A DNA stretch of 64,000 bases from Mobula hypostoma (lineage: Eukaryota), in NCBI RefSeq assembly GCF_963921235.1, contig NC_086108.1:85004001-85068000 (forward strand), given 5' to 3'. Position 1 is the first letter of the stretch. Each line of letters begins with the position of its first letter. Under the pieces are notes generated by a model, which worked only from the letters and a program-made list of their open reading frames with translations, was not told the DNA's origin and made no database searches. Both the position numbers and the translations under genes were made by a program. Below, in pieces: positions 13,341-24,379 of the stretch.

Positions 13341-13861
13341 GAGATGTACAATAGCGACAAAGCTGAAGCAAGGCAAATTAAAAATGTTTTGGCAATCCTC
13401 CTGTTAACCAAACTTGCTAAACACACAGCTGAAAGTGAGAGAAACTGGCTTTGTGTGTACATACCATATATATGTTACTCTCCATTTCACATTTCTGGAG
13501 TAATTATTGTGCTGCAATATTAGGGTATTGCAGGGAGGTATAGTGTGCAGACAGAATAGGGAGGGTGATTTCATTAAGCTAATAAATCAGGCCAATAAAC
13601 ACAATCAGATTTATTATCATTGTCTAATATGATATGAAATTTGATTGTTTGGTGGCAGCAACACAGTGTAAAGGCATTATATTACTATAAATTACAAAAT
13701 AAATAAATTGCGCAAAACTAAAGGAATAAAGAGACAGTGTTCATGAGTTATTCAGAAATCTAATGGGAGATGAGGAAAAACAGTTTTTGAATCATTAGGT
13801 GTAGGTCTTCAGGTTCCTGTCCCTCCTCCCTGATGGCAGTAATGAAAAGCAAGCATATCCT

Positions 13862-14017
13862 TTTCCTACTAAGATGGCGCTGCGTATGGTGGCCGTGTTG
13901 CAAGCTTTGTTCCAATTTTACAGTATACTTTTGATTTCTGCGACTTTCTTCACATTTCTTGTTCAAGTAGCTGATAGTCACATCGGATACCGTAGACTGA
14001 CTTTCCTGAACATCAGG
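13862..14017 (+). mobile_element. Probable 5' end of a Rex1/Babar-type LINE
   Basis: Begins tttcctactAAGATGGCGC (YY1-like motif) directly after the duplication; peptide HIGYRRLTFLNIR resembles the recalled N-terminal YsR..LLnI motif of these LINEs. Confidence 0.55.
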
Positions 14018-14035
14018 AAGATGGCATTTACCAAC

Positions 14036-15141
14036 TACGTGCCCATTTTCTACATCCCCATGGGAAGATAGAGGTTCCCATAATAGCCATTCCGCTGAAC
14101 AGCAGTGAACAATGGTCAGTCTGGGCCTTTTCTAATGACACTCAGACTAGTGAGGCCCAAAACTGCACCATTGGTGTGACTAGAGCCTGTGGGTGCCGCT
14201 GCTCTGATGTACATTCGTTCCCCCCCCACCCCCTGGAAAAAGCCATCCAATGGGGAGGTCAGACATCATGGCTCTCCACCACTGTCAGATCTGACCAACC
14301 AGCAAATACTATCCACTACTGTAATTTTGAAGGTAAGGGGACCTAACTTTCTGGGCAATAGCACCTGTGCCATTTAACCAATGGCCGAACCACCATGCCC
14401 TCTGTACAAAACTCAGTGGGTTTATGGGGAAAAGGCCGACTTGTGGCTCCCAGGAGAGACACTAGCTGATGGGACACCCAACAAGAGAGCAGTAATGGGA
14501 TGGGATGAATGCTTCCTGGCTTACCTTGTACCCCACATACAAATGCTGAAAACCCTGGACCAGCACCTTTCCCTCCTAGGGCAAAAGCAAGGAATCTCAC
14601 AACAGGAGCGCTTCTGGATGATAGCTTTCCCTTTCTACAGGACGGCACACAATTCAAGGGAAATCATCAATCTGGCTGCAGTTTTGGAGGAGATGGCCAA
14701 TAGAACCACTAAGGCAATGGATGGCATCCAGGATCAGGTGAGGACCATCACCACTAAAATGATAGTGCTATGACAGACGGTTTTGCAGAACCAAATAGGC
14801 CTCAATTTTGTTTTGGCTGAAAAAGGAGGTGCAGATGCCGTCATAGGACAAGAACGCTGCACTGACATCCCAGATAAATCAGAGAACATTACCTCTTTCT
14901 CCATTTACATTCAAAAGGAGGTATCGGGCCAGCTTACATGGCTTTAACTCAAAAGGGGGATTGTGGCCCTACAGTGACATCTCTGCAGGATGGAGCATTA
15001 AGCTATCATCGCAGGAGTACTCATAGTTATCGCACTTTTTCAATGTTTATGGCCCCTTGTCGGCTGGTGCTTTTGCTCTACACCCACAGGGTTATTTATA
15101 CAAAGAAAGGGGACCTCAGAGAGAGGGAGGTGCAAATGATG
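14036..15141 (+). pseudogene. env: Decayed endogenous retrovirus envelope gene (gamma-type Env; SU plus TM)
   Basis: VPIIAIPLNSSE; FLGNSTC; WVYGEKADLWLP...CFLAYLVP; degenerate furin site QKQ|GISQQERFWMIAFPFY; heptad INLAAVLEEMANRTTKAMDGIQ; immunosuppressive domain VLQNQIGLNFVLAEKGG (~14780-14830); decayed CX6CC (ADAVIGQERCTDIPD); membrane anchor AIIAGVLIVIALFQCLW (15002+). Several stops and frameshifts. Confidence 0.92.
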
Positions 15142-15275
15142 AGGATGAAGACTACGATGACGCAGAAAGCCCTTCGGCCTATCCCAGAGGTTACTATCCA
15201 CCCTTCTTACATGAATATGAAAATTAAAATGTACAACAAGTCCAATATTGATAACTGTAGTTGTCATGGAATGAC

Positions 15276-15637
15276 AAAAGGAGGGAAATGAGGAATTATA
15301 TGCAAAATTAAATGGGCTAGAACCTAACTGACTTATTGGCAGCTTGACAAGTCATGCTGTGAGAATAATGTATGAACAAAGAATTGTTTGTTCCATGAGA
15401 AGCTTCTCAGTCTACTCTTATCAAAATATGTGATAACAATGTGAACCTGCAGCTCCAAACAGTACTTTGGGCTCACTTGGCTGCATATTTTCTCAAGCTC
15501 GGTGAGCAGAGACTCTCCTGTAGCCACCTGAGAACACAAGCTTGCTAATAAACAGCATATACTTTTAAGTAAACTGTGTTTGACAGTTATTCCCCAGGTC
15601 TGAATCCAAAGGCCTCTGGTAGAGCGGCAGATCAACA
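15276..15637 (+). mobile_element. Polypurine tract (15276-15288) plus 3' LTR (15289-15637) of the ERV
   Basis: aaaaggagggaaa directly followed by TGaggaatt...gcggcagatcaaCA; AATAAA at 15547; homologous at both ends to 45956-46345. Confidence 0.9.
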
Positions 15638-16062
15638 GCATCACTGCCTGGTATGGGAACTGCATTTTATTCTATCGCAGGATTTGCAGAGAGTGGTGCA
15701 GGCTACCCAGCGCATCTGTAGATGTGAATTTTCCACTATGCAGGACATTTACAAAGACAGGTGTGTAAAAAGGGCACAAAGGGTCATTGGAGACCTGAGT
15801 CACCCCAGTCAAACTGTTCCAGTTGCTACCATCTGGGAGACGGTACCATAGCATAAAAGCAACAGGCTCCAAGACAGTTTCTTCCACCACACCATCAGAC
15901 TGCTTAATTCATGCTGACTCTACTGTATTTCTATGTTATATTGACTATCCTGTTGCACATATTTATTATAAATTACATATTTGCACATTGCACATTTGAA
16001 CGGAGACATAATGCAAGGACTTTTACTCCTCATTTATTTTAAGTATGTAAGTAATAAAGTCA
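15638..16062 (+). mobile_element. Rex1/Babar-type LINE 3' end
   Basis: ITAWYGNC...LQRVVQATQRI...IYKDRCVKRAQRVIGDLSHP; tail aataaagtca followed by the duplication atatcct. Confidence 0.85.
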
Positions 16063-17065
16063 ATATCCTGGTGGTGAGAAACCTTAATAATAAACGTCAT
16101 CTTCTCAGGCACTATCTCATGAAGATGTTCTTGATGGTGAGAAGTATTGTAGCAGTGATGGAGCTGGCCGAGACTAAAGATCTCTGCAGTCTCTTGCGAT
16201 CCTGTGCATTGTTATTTCCATACCAGGCTATACTACGATCAGTACAAATTCTCTTCACCACACATCTAGAGAAATTTACCACAGCTCCTCAAACACCTCA
16301 CAAAGCAGAGCTGCAGGCATTCCTTCTTCAGGATTACTTCAATGCCTTGGGCCCAGGACAGATCCTCTGAGATGCTGACATCCAAGAATTTGAAAGCTGT
16401 TTGCCCTTTCCATTGCTAATCCTTCAATGATGGTTGGTGCACTTCTCCCGGCTTCTACTTTTTGAACTCTACAATCAATTCCTTGGCCTTACTGACGATG
16501 AGTATGAAGTTATTATTATGACAGCATTCCATTGGCCAATCTATCTCACTCCTGCATGACTCAGATGTTGCCATCTGAAATTTAACCACTGGGGATCATT
16601 TTAAGAAAGATTAATCAGGAACATTTTTTGGAAGCATGCATTTGGATAGGGCAACAATGCAATTAGTCATGCACCAAAGTCAGCCCAATAGCAAATGTAT
16701 TTGGAAATAAATCTGAATGTGCTAAAATATATGTTGAAAAATGTGATTATTGCACTTCATTGTTGAGCAATGCAAAGAGGAACTCAAGATGCATTTTCCA
16801 TTTTATACATTCAACATGTTCCTTTCAAGAGCCAAAAGGAAATAATACCATCCAAAAGTCTTCATCAATTAAACTATAGTTCTGGTCCCCCTCGCCTTGT
16901 AACATCTGGAGAACAGGAGCATCTCATCACAAATGCAAGTCAGCTATTCTCCACTGAAAGGTGATTACTCTCAGAGGATATTAGTTTAACAAAACTGTTA
17001 TTAAAATTATTATGTCAAAGTCTTGTAGCACAACTAGAGCAATATAACTTCTCAAAGGATAAATA

Positions 17066-17471
17066 CAAGGGGTGATTGATAAGTTCGTGGCCTACGGTAG
17101 AAGGAGTCAATTTTGGAAAACCTAGCACATTTATTTTTCCTACATTTCCTACATTTACACACTTACACAAGCGGTCATGGAGCATATGTAGAAGTCTTTG
17201 TAGAAGTCGGCATCTTGGACCTCCTGAAAGTGGTCCACAGCAGGGGTGATTGATAAGCTTGTGGCCTAAGGTAGAAGGAGATGAGGAGAAACTTCAAACT
17301 TTCTGCATTTTCACTCCAAGAGTTTCACTACAAAGAAGGGATCCGTATGCTCCACGACTGCTGGACTAAGTGTGTACATGTAGGAGGGGACTATGTCGAA
17401 AAATAAATGTGCTAGGTTTTCTAAAATTGACTCCTTCTACCTTAGGCCACAAACTTATCAATCACCCCTTG
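17066..17471. mobile_element. Mariner-type MITE
   Basis: TA flanks; ~70-bp TIRs caaggggtgattgataagttcgtggcc... / ...ggccacaaacttatcaatcaccccttg. Confidence 0.9.
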
Positions 17472-18594
17472 TAATTCAGCATTGTGAAAAGTGACTACCT
17501 TTATGCATCTTGCACCCTACCATCATTAATGAAAAACTTGTCCAAGTCCCAACACACAATGAAGCACTTAGTAAATAAATTTACTCCTTTCTGGGAGTCA
17601 ACTCGTCATGTGACAGCAGCTAAAAGAAAAAGTTATGAAAATATCCTGGCAGTGAGTCACAGCCCCACGCTCTCCTCAACCCTATCTACAGCTCCTACCA
17701 GGACCATTTGAATAATAGTATAAAAACAAGTGAACGATATGGAATTCAAGTTCACTGGAATTGTATGAAAATTTACTGGTAACCAAATGACTGGTGTATG
17801 GTGCACCAATTACAAATATAATACCCAAACTTCACATTTGAACACCATAAGCCAAAGTAAGCCATTGAAATGCAATAGCTACAAGTACACCTACCAGTGT
17901 ACAATTATGACGAGTCTTCAGATCCTGACAAAACAAAATGTCATTTAATGTTCATTTAACTATCAAAATTTAGGTCTGTTTTCAGTTCATTAACATTTCA
18001 TTCCCCTTGCAAACTTTCTGTATCCTATGTAGAATAATAGGAAACACAGGAAATGGCCATACCACCAATTGCACAATGTCACATCTTTAGACAGGCTAAC
18101 CAATTGGCCTTGCACCCATTCTCAATTGGTATATACTAAGTATTCTTTGGAGAATTAGCACATAATTCTAGCTTTCTAGGTATTATATAGTCAATCATAT
18201 CTTGCTGATAAAAAAATTCACCAACTCTTTCTTTCGCTAAATATCCTAAATCTGATTCCTCAGGTTATAGACCTCCCTGGCAGTACGAACAGTTTCTCCA
18301 CATCTATGTCTAAATGCTTCACAATTTTCAACATCTTTTGGAAACCTCCTTTAGCCTTCCATGCTTCAATATGTGGTCACTTATTTAAATAGTATTCCAT
18401 TCCTGGTAAAATTTGCAAACATCTCTTCCAGTAAATTATACTTACCACACTCTACAATGCGTATATTTAATATTCCCAAAATAACAAATGAGAATAAGAA
18501 CCAATAACATTTAAAACATGAACATTGTGCCCTTTCAGTGAAAGGAAACCCTTTTAGTCTATATACTCCCTAAAATATCAGCTGATCACTGCTA

Positions 18595-19145
18595 ACAATG
18601 GCAAGGTGTGCAGAGATGAGTCTATGTAAGTGGAGGCGGGTGGAGGAGGCAAGTGCGAAAGCAAGCCCCAATGTCTGATTGAATTAAGCACCGTGCTGAA
18701 TTGGAAAGGTTGGGTCCAGGCCGAATTGTGATGGTGGGGTTCAGACCCCAGAGCTTTCTGAGAGCAAGGAATGACCCAATGTTTGGATGATTTAAGCGCC
18801 GAGCCAGATTGAAAGGGCCAGGGTGTCGTGACTGGAGACGAGGGACAGAATGGCTCTGCTCGGTGCTCCGCGACGTTTACTCAGCTCCTTGCTGAATTGA
18901 GGCTGTGTCCTGCTCCAGCTGCAGTGATGTTTAGCTTTGTGCCTTTCATAAGACTTCAGTTCTGAATGCAATTTGCTTACTTTTATTGTTAGCACGATTT
19001 TTCTTTCTCTCTGCAAACTGGATGTTTGATGGTCTTTTTTTAAATGGGTTCTTTTGGGGTTTCCTTGTTTTGTTGCTGCCTCTAAGGAGATGAATCACAA
19101 GGCTGTATAATGTATGCACACTCTGATAATAAATGTATTTTTTCT
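18595..19145 (+). mobile_element. Non-coding retroposon with Rex-like 3' tail
   Basis: GC-richer body; tail tgttgctgcctctaaggagatgaatc...gataataaatgta resembles the tails at 40200-40295 and 61070-61150. Confidence 0.5.
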
Positions 19146-19159
19146 GAATTTTAGTCATA

Positions 19160-19710
19160 CTTAATAAATCCCGGGGGAAATTGGTTTTTGTTACAGTTGC
19201 ACCATAAATAATAAATAGTAATAGAACCATAAATAGTTAAATAGTAATATGTAAATTATGCCAGTAAATTATGAAATAAGTCCAGGACCAGCCTATTGGC
19301 TCAGGATGTCTGACCCTCCAAGGGAGGATTGTAAAGTTTGATGGTCACAGGCAGGAATGACTTCCTACGACGCTCTGTGCTGCATCTTGGTGGAATGAGT
19401 CTCTGGTTGAATGTACTCCTGTGCCCACCCAGTACATTATGTAGTGGATGGGAGACATTGACCAAGATGGCATGCAACTTAGACAGCATCCTCTTTTCAG
19501 ACACCACCGTCAGAGAGTCCAGTTCCATCCCCACAACATCACTGGCCTTACGAATGAGTTTGTTGATTCTGTTGGTGTCTGCCACCCTCAGCCTGCTGCC
19601 CCAGCACACAACAGCAAACATGATAGTACTGGCCACCACAGACTCGTAGAACATCCTCAGCATCATCCGGCAGATGTTAGAGGACCTCAGTCTCCTCAGG
19701 AAATAGAGAC
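19160..19710 (-). mobile_element. Young Rex1/Babar-type LINE 3' fragment
   Basis: ORF 19301-19666: MLRMFYESVVASTIMFAVVCWG...SHPLH...RRRKSFLPVTIKLYN. Confidence 0.88.
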
Positions 19711-20275
19711 TTACTTGCTTGGATTAGGCAGGTCCAGTACCAGTCAAATCTCAACAGCATCCAGGATGAAGTACACCATTTGACTGCATTTCCCTTCAAA
19801 AACTTTATTTTAAAACATTGCCTCTAGCACCAAAGGGATGATGTCTTCTGCTCTAACCATCAGGATTGTGGGAGAATATTAATCAGACCGAACACAAATG
19901 AACACGAAGACATCCGCACACACTTCCTCTGAACTGACCAAAAGTCGTGATGGTTTCTTGATGCCAGAATTTGGTGAAATGCTGCCTTTATATCAATGGC
20001 ATTCACTCTCAACTTGGCTCTGTAATTTTCTTCTTGTTTGGACCAAGGCTATAATGATGTCAAGAATGACTCCAATGAGACTCAGACTGAGAATCCACAA
20101 GCAATGTGTCATCATTGTTGCCACAGCTTCCAGAGCTTTGCTGACAATTCAAGGTTGAAGAGTGGGGTAGCAATTACCATGTTATCTGCTCTCTAGATTT
20201 ATCTGCTTTTCGTGGATAGATCTTGGAAAGTGTTCCTTTTTATTGGACTGATCTACTATTGTAGCTGTATTGGGA

Positions 20276-20448
20276 ATACTCACAACACGCTGGAGGAACT
20301 CAGCAGGCCGGGCAGCTTCCGTGGAAAAGATCTGTCAAGGGTTCCAGCCCGAAACCTCAACAGATCTTTTCCACGGATGCTGCCCGACCTGCTGAGTTCC
20401 TCCACCGTGTTGTGAGTATTGCTTTGACCCTAGCATCTGCAGATTATT
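20276..20448. mobile_element. Fold-back (5'-inverted) Penelope terminal fragment
   Basis: ~60-bp inverted arms; 17-bp duplication ttgtagctgtattggga at 20259 and 20449. Confidence 0.85.
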
Positions 20449-22852
20449 TTGTAGCTGTATTGGGATAGCCTGGTTTGAGGCAATGGTTGGTTCATCAGCA
20501 GAAGCCTTCATCACAATAGCCAATTTGTTACATAGACTCTTAGCGTTGTCCAACATACTTGATATCATAAACTAAAACAAATTGGATGAAGAATTGGGAG
20601 CCCTTGTATGAAGAATTCTCAACTGTTCTGATGCTTGAGAGCTTTCAGTTCAGATGCCTGGGAGATTTTAGTTAGGTACACATTTTTTTGTCATGAAATG
20701 CCCTCTCATGGAAGGCAGGAACTTTTTTTTATTTGTGCAAGGTTTGTAGAGGGAAGAGAAGAATACAAACTTAGAAATTCAGCAAAACTCTACACTTTAC
20801 TTCAATGAGTTGTCACCACTTATCAAATGCCATTCAGAAACCAAACATGAACCACATCTGCTTGTTGCCTTACAGATTCTAACACATTTTTATTCTGGCA
20901 TCTTCCCACCTTCCGTCCAGTCCTGATGAAGAGCCTCTGCCTGAAATGTTGACCGTTTATTCATTTCCATAGATACTGCCTGACCTGCTGGGTTCCTCCA
21001 GCACTTTGGGTGTATTACCCCTTCACGACAACTTCTTGTCTTTGCCAGCCTGAGCTCTTATCCTAAGAATTCGACATTTTGTTTCCTATTTTATAGCCAG
21101 TGTATTTCTCCCCACTCCAATGAGTCCTTCAGTTGGAATTGAAAACAACTTGACATAGTACGTTAATCTGACAATGCTTGACCTGTCACCTAGAGACAAA
21201 GTTGAAAAAGTACCCTCTTTCTATGCTCTGGTTGTATTAATCCTATGTTCAGATTATTGGTTTGTAATAATATAAATGAACAAAGAATCATAATCAAGAG
21301 AAAATCTGCTGATGCTGGAAATCCTTTGTTTTTTGCTTACAATCGCTGGTCTGTGTTTCACTGGTTCTCCAAATGCATTCAATGCCCTTTCTCTTCTAGC
21401 TCAATTGCAAGACAAACACTGAGGTCTGACCAAATACCTTGCAATGTGGAGAAAACATGACTTCAAATTTACCCACCCCTCACTGTACTCCATTTGTTTT
21501 GCAACTTTTCTCGCACTCTTTGTTTTAAGATGCCTACCCACTATATAATGGTCTGAACTATAATCCTAAAACCAAGACAATAAATTATATACAGGTGCTC
21601 GTAAGGGTGCTCATATCAAAGAATCCTGATAATAAATTCATGAATTATGCTGCAGGCATGATTCAAACAGCAAAATGAATAGAAAGCTGGGCAAAAACAG
21701 AAACAGCATATAGGATTTGTAGGATGAGAATTCAATACTGGCAAAGGTGAAAAGTTATCATAATTGTTCACAGTTTACATTGACTTACATGAGGCAATCA
21801 GTACTAAAGGGGCTGAATAAACTGAACTAGGTGAGCAGCTGATACAAAAGGAATAAAATGACATTATTTAAGTTGCAATCAGCACATAACTATACAGTGG
21901 TGCATTTTGGTAGAAAACATGACAATTACAAAAAGTTTTAACATAATCTTGGACAATGAGTCTATCTGGAATAAAGTGCAAAAGAAATACAGCTATAAAA
22001 GTAGAATTACAGGTTAACCTACGAAAATACAAACGAAGCACCAGGATACATTTCTGGTGGAACAAAATTGGAGGTAATAGCAAATGTTAGGCCCTTGTAG
22101 AACATTATTAGATCACTTTTGAGGAAAATATTAGGCAGATTTGATCTGCAGGTTATAGAAACTGATACAGAGGCACTGGAGGTGAGGCAAAGTCCAAAAG
22201 AGCTAATAAGGGGTTATAATAAAGATCAAACGGATTTGACCTATTTGTTCTCCAAGACAAAATGCTGGTGGATTTTGTGTGTGTTGCTTGAACTTCCAGC
22301 ATCTGCAGATTTCCTCGTGTTTGTGTTCTCCAAGACTAAGGGTTTCAATTCTTAAGATGTTGGAGTTTGACAAATTTGGGGAAAATATATTTATTTGTGC
22401 AGCAACCAACACTATTGACCATAAAAATAAGAAGAGAATTGTATTTTCAAAGAGTGAGAAGAATGTGTAACTCATTTCCATAATAATCAGCCAAGGAGAG
22501 TAACACAGATTTTATAAAGCAGAATTGGATAAAGAGTTGAAGGAAAGAAAACATGAAATGGTATGCTGATAAGGATAGGTTAAGAGGAAGACTCAGAGAC
22601 CAGCAGGGACGAATGACCTGCTTTTGTACTGTAGATTCAATATGAAAAAAAATAAATCAAAGGATTAACACTATAGAATCGTGTTAGGCTTTTCATAAAT
22701 GAGTATGTTTTTAATGTACTTCCTTTCTAATTCTGTGTCTCTGGCCTACTGCCAGTTTTAAGAATATTAAGCAGATACTCCAGAATGAAAAACGTGTTCT
22801 ACACACCACCCTTAGCATTGTAAAACTAAAAAGAAAATCATGATTATGTTAC

Positions 22853-23080
22853 AGACTTGAGAAAATCTGCAGATGATGGAAATCCAAAGAAACACACACA
22901 AAATGGTGGAGCAACTCAGCAGGCCAGGCAGCATCTATGGAAAAAGGTAACAGTTGACTTTTCGGGCCAAGACATTTCTTTAGGTCCTGATGAAAGGTGT
23001 CGGCACGAAACATCGATTGTTTACTCTTTTCCACAGATGCTGTCTGACCTGCTGAGTTCCCCTAGCATTTTGTGTGTGCC
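22853..23080. mobile_element. Fold-back Penelope terminal fragment
   Basis: Inverted arms cacacaaaatg..aactcagcaggccaggcagcatct / agatgctgtctgacctgctgagtt..cattttgtgtg around a decayed ctgatga..gaaa motif. Confidence 0.75.
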
Positions 23081-24379
23081 GCTCATAGATTGTGTTGTTA
23101 ATTTTACTGTTGTATTTATTATCTAACATTTAAAGAAATCTATGTTGCTAATTAAGAAGGGGTAATTCTCTCAAATAAAGCCATTAGGAAATGTAAAGAC
23201 TGCAAATATTTTCCTTTCATTTCAACATCAACTCCTTTGTCATCTTTGGCAAGTGAAGGAAAGGTGAAGGCAGAGAGAAGGGATTGATGTATAATTTCAG
23301 ATCTACTTTCAGTCATATCCCTTCCTCTTTCTCTTACTTCCAGTAAACATGCTACTGGGTCAAAACAGCATCAAGTACCTGGGAAATACAACAGTGAAAG
23401 AGAATAATAAATCAATCCAATACAACTCAGCACACATGCTCACAGAGCAGAGAAATAAATACCTCAACTTCTCACTACCAGCTATATTCTGATAAGTGGA
23501 CGCAGTAAACACACCCTGATTTATATTTTTAATATCAAATAATTGAAACTCAGATCCTAATATTTAGGCTGATAAAGTCCCAGGAGGCAAGCAAGTTGAG
23601 TAGATCCAAAGTCAACATCTCATTTAATAAAGCATTCAATTCATTTTCAGTTGGAGTTGAGAACAAATGACTGCAATCATAGATTACTCCCTTAATAGCT
23701 AACATTCAAACTTTGTTCCAATAAGACTGTGAATAATCTTGCTCCCCTTTTATCATCCCTCTCTCTTCCTGGAGATGGTCCCTTGCATATGTGTAGACCT
23801 GGATACAATCATTATACTGAATGGCTTGTCTCACAAAGGAAGATTATTTCAAACTGAGCCCTTCTGTCAGTCTAAAATAGTCTTTTCAACTCTGACATGT
23901 AGTAAAGTGTCGCCAATTACAGTAAAATTTACATAATCCATCACATTTGAGACACTGTCAGTGCCAGACTGACAGATTTTCTGGATTAGTGGATATTAAG
24001 CTTTACCTAAATGCTGGTTTTCAAAGGAATCAGTTTAGGAATTGCAATGAAAAGGTGCAGTGAGAATGGGTAATGATTCACGTTCATGATTAGGTAAAAT
24101 AGAGTAAGAATTTGGGAAACACAGTGGTTGCATTTCTTGGTTTTAATTGTGATTTGCTATGTTTTTCAAGCAAGGTACTCCATTGCAATCACTGGGTTGA
24201 TACTGTTAAAAGCCATCATGTTTACACTATTCGGATCACATACAGCTGAAAAGCACAGCCTTTGCTCAGTGGAAATCACTGAGAAAAGAGCTGGTCACAT
24301 TTGGGTTCCAGAGATCAACTGAGCGGGTTTTTAAATCACTCAGAAAACTTGCAGCAGTCAGGCAGTAGTGGTAATGCAG

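Larger units (their letters stand above)
13603..16590 (-). mobile_element. Old Rex1/Babar-type LINE fragment split by the 13862-16062 insertion
   Basis: 3' tail at ~13603 (aatcagatttattatca); sequence ...aagcatatcct stops at 13861 and resumes as atatcctggtggtgag at 16063. Confidence 0.7.

Noticed and set aside
14024..14027. gcat matching the 4 bp after the LTR, as a proviral TSD
   Set aside because: It is not followed by a TG LTR start, and a 4-bp match is expected by chance
13874..14773. Possible in-frame fusion of the hydrophobic LINE-side ORF with env
   Set aside because: That frame has several stops at 14069-14098, and the env-like sequence there (VPIIAIPLN) is in a different frame
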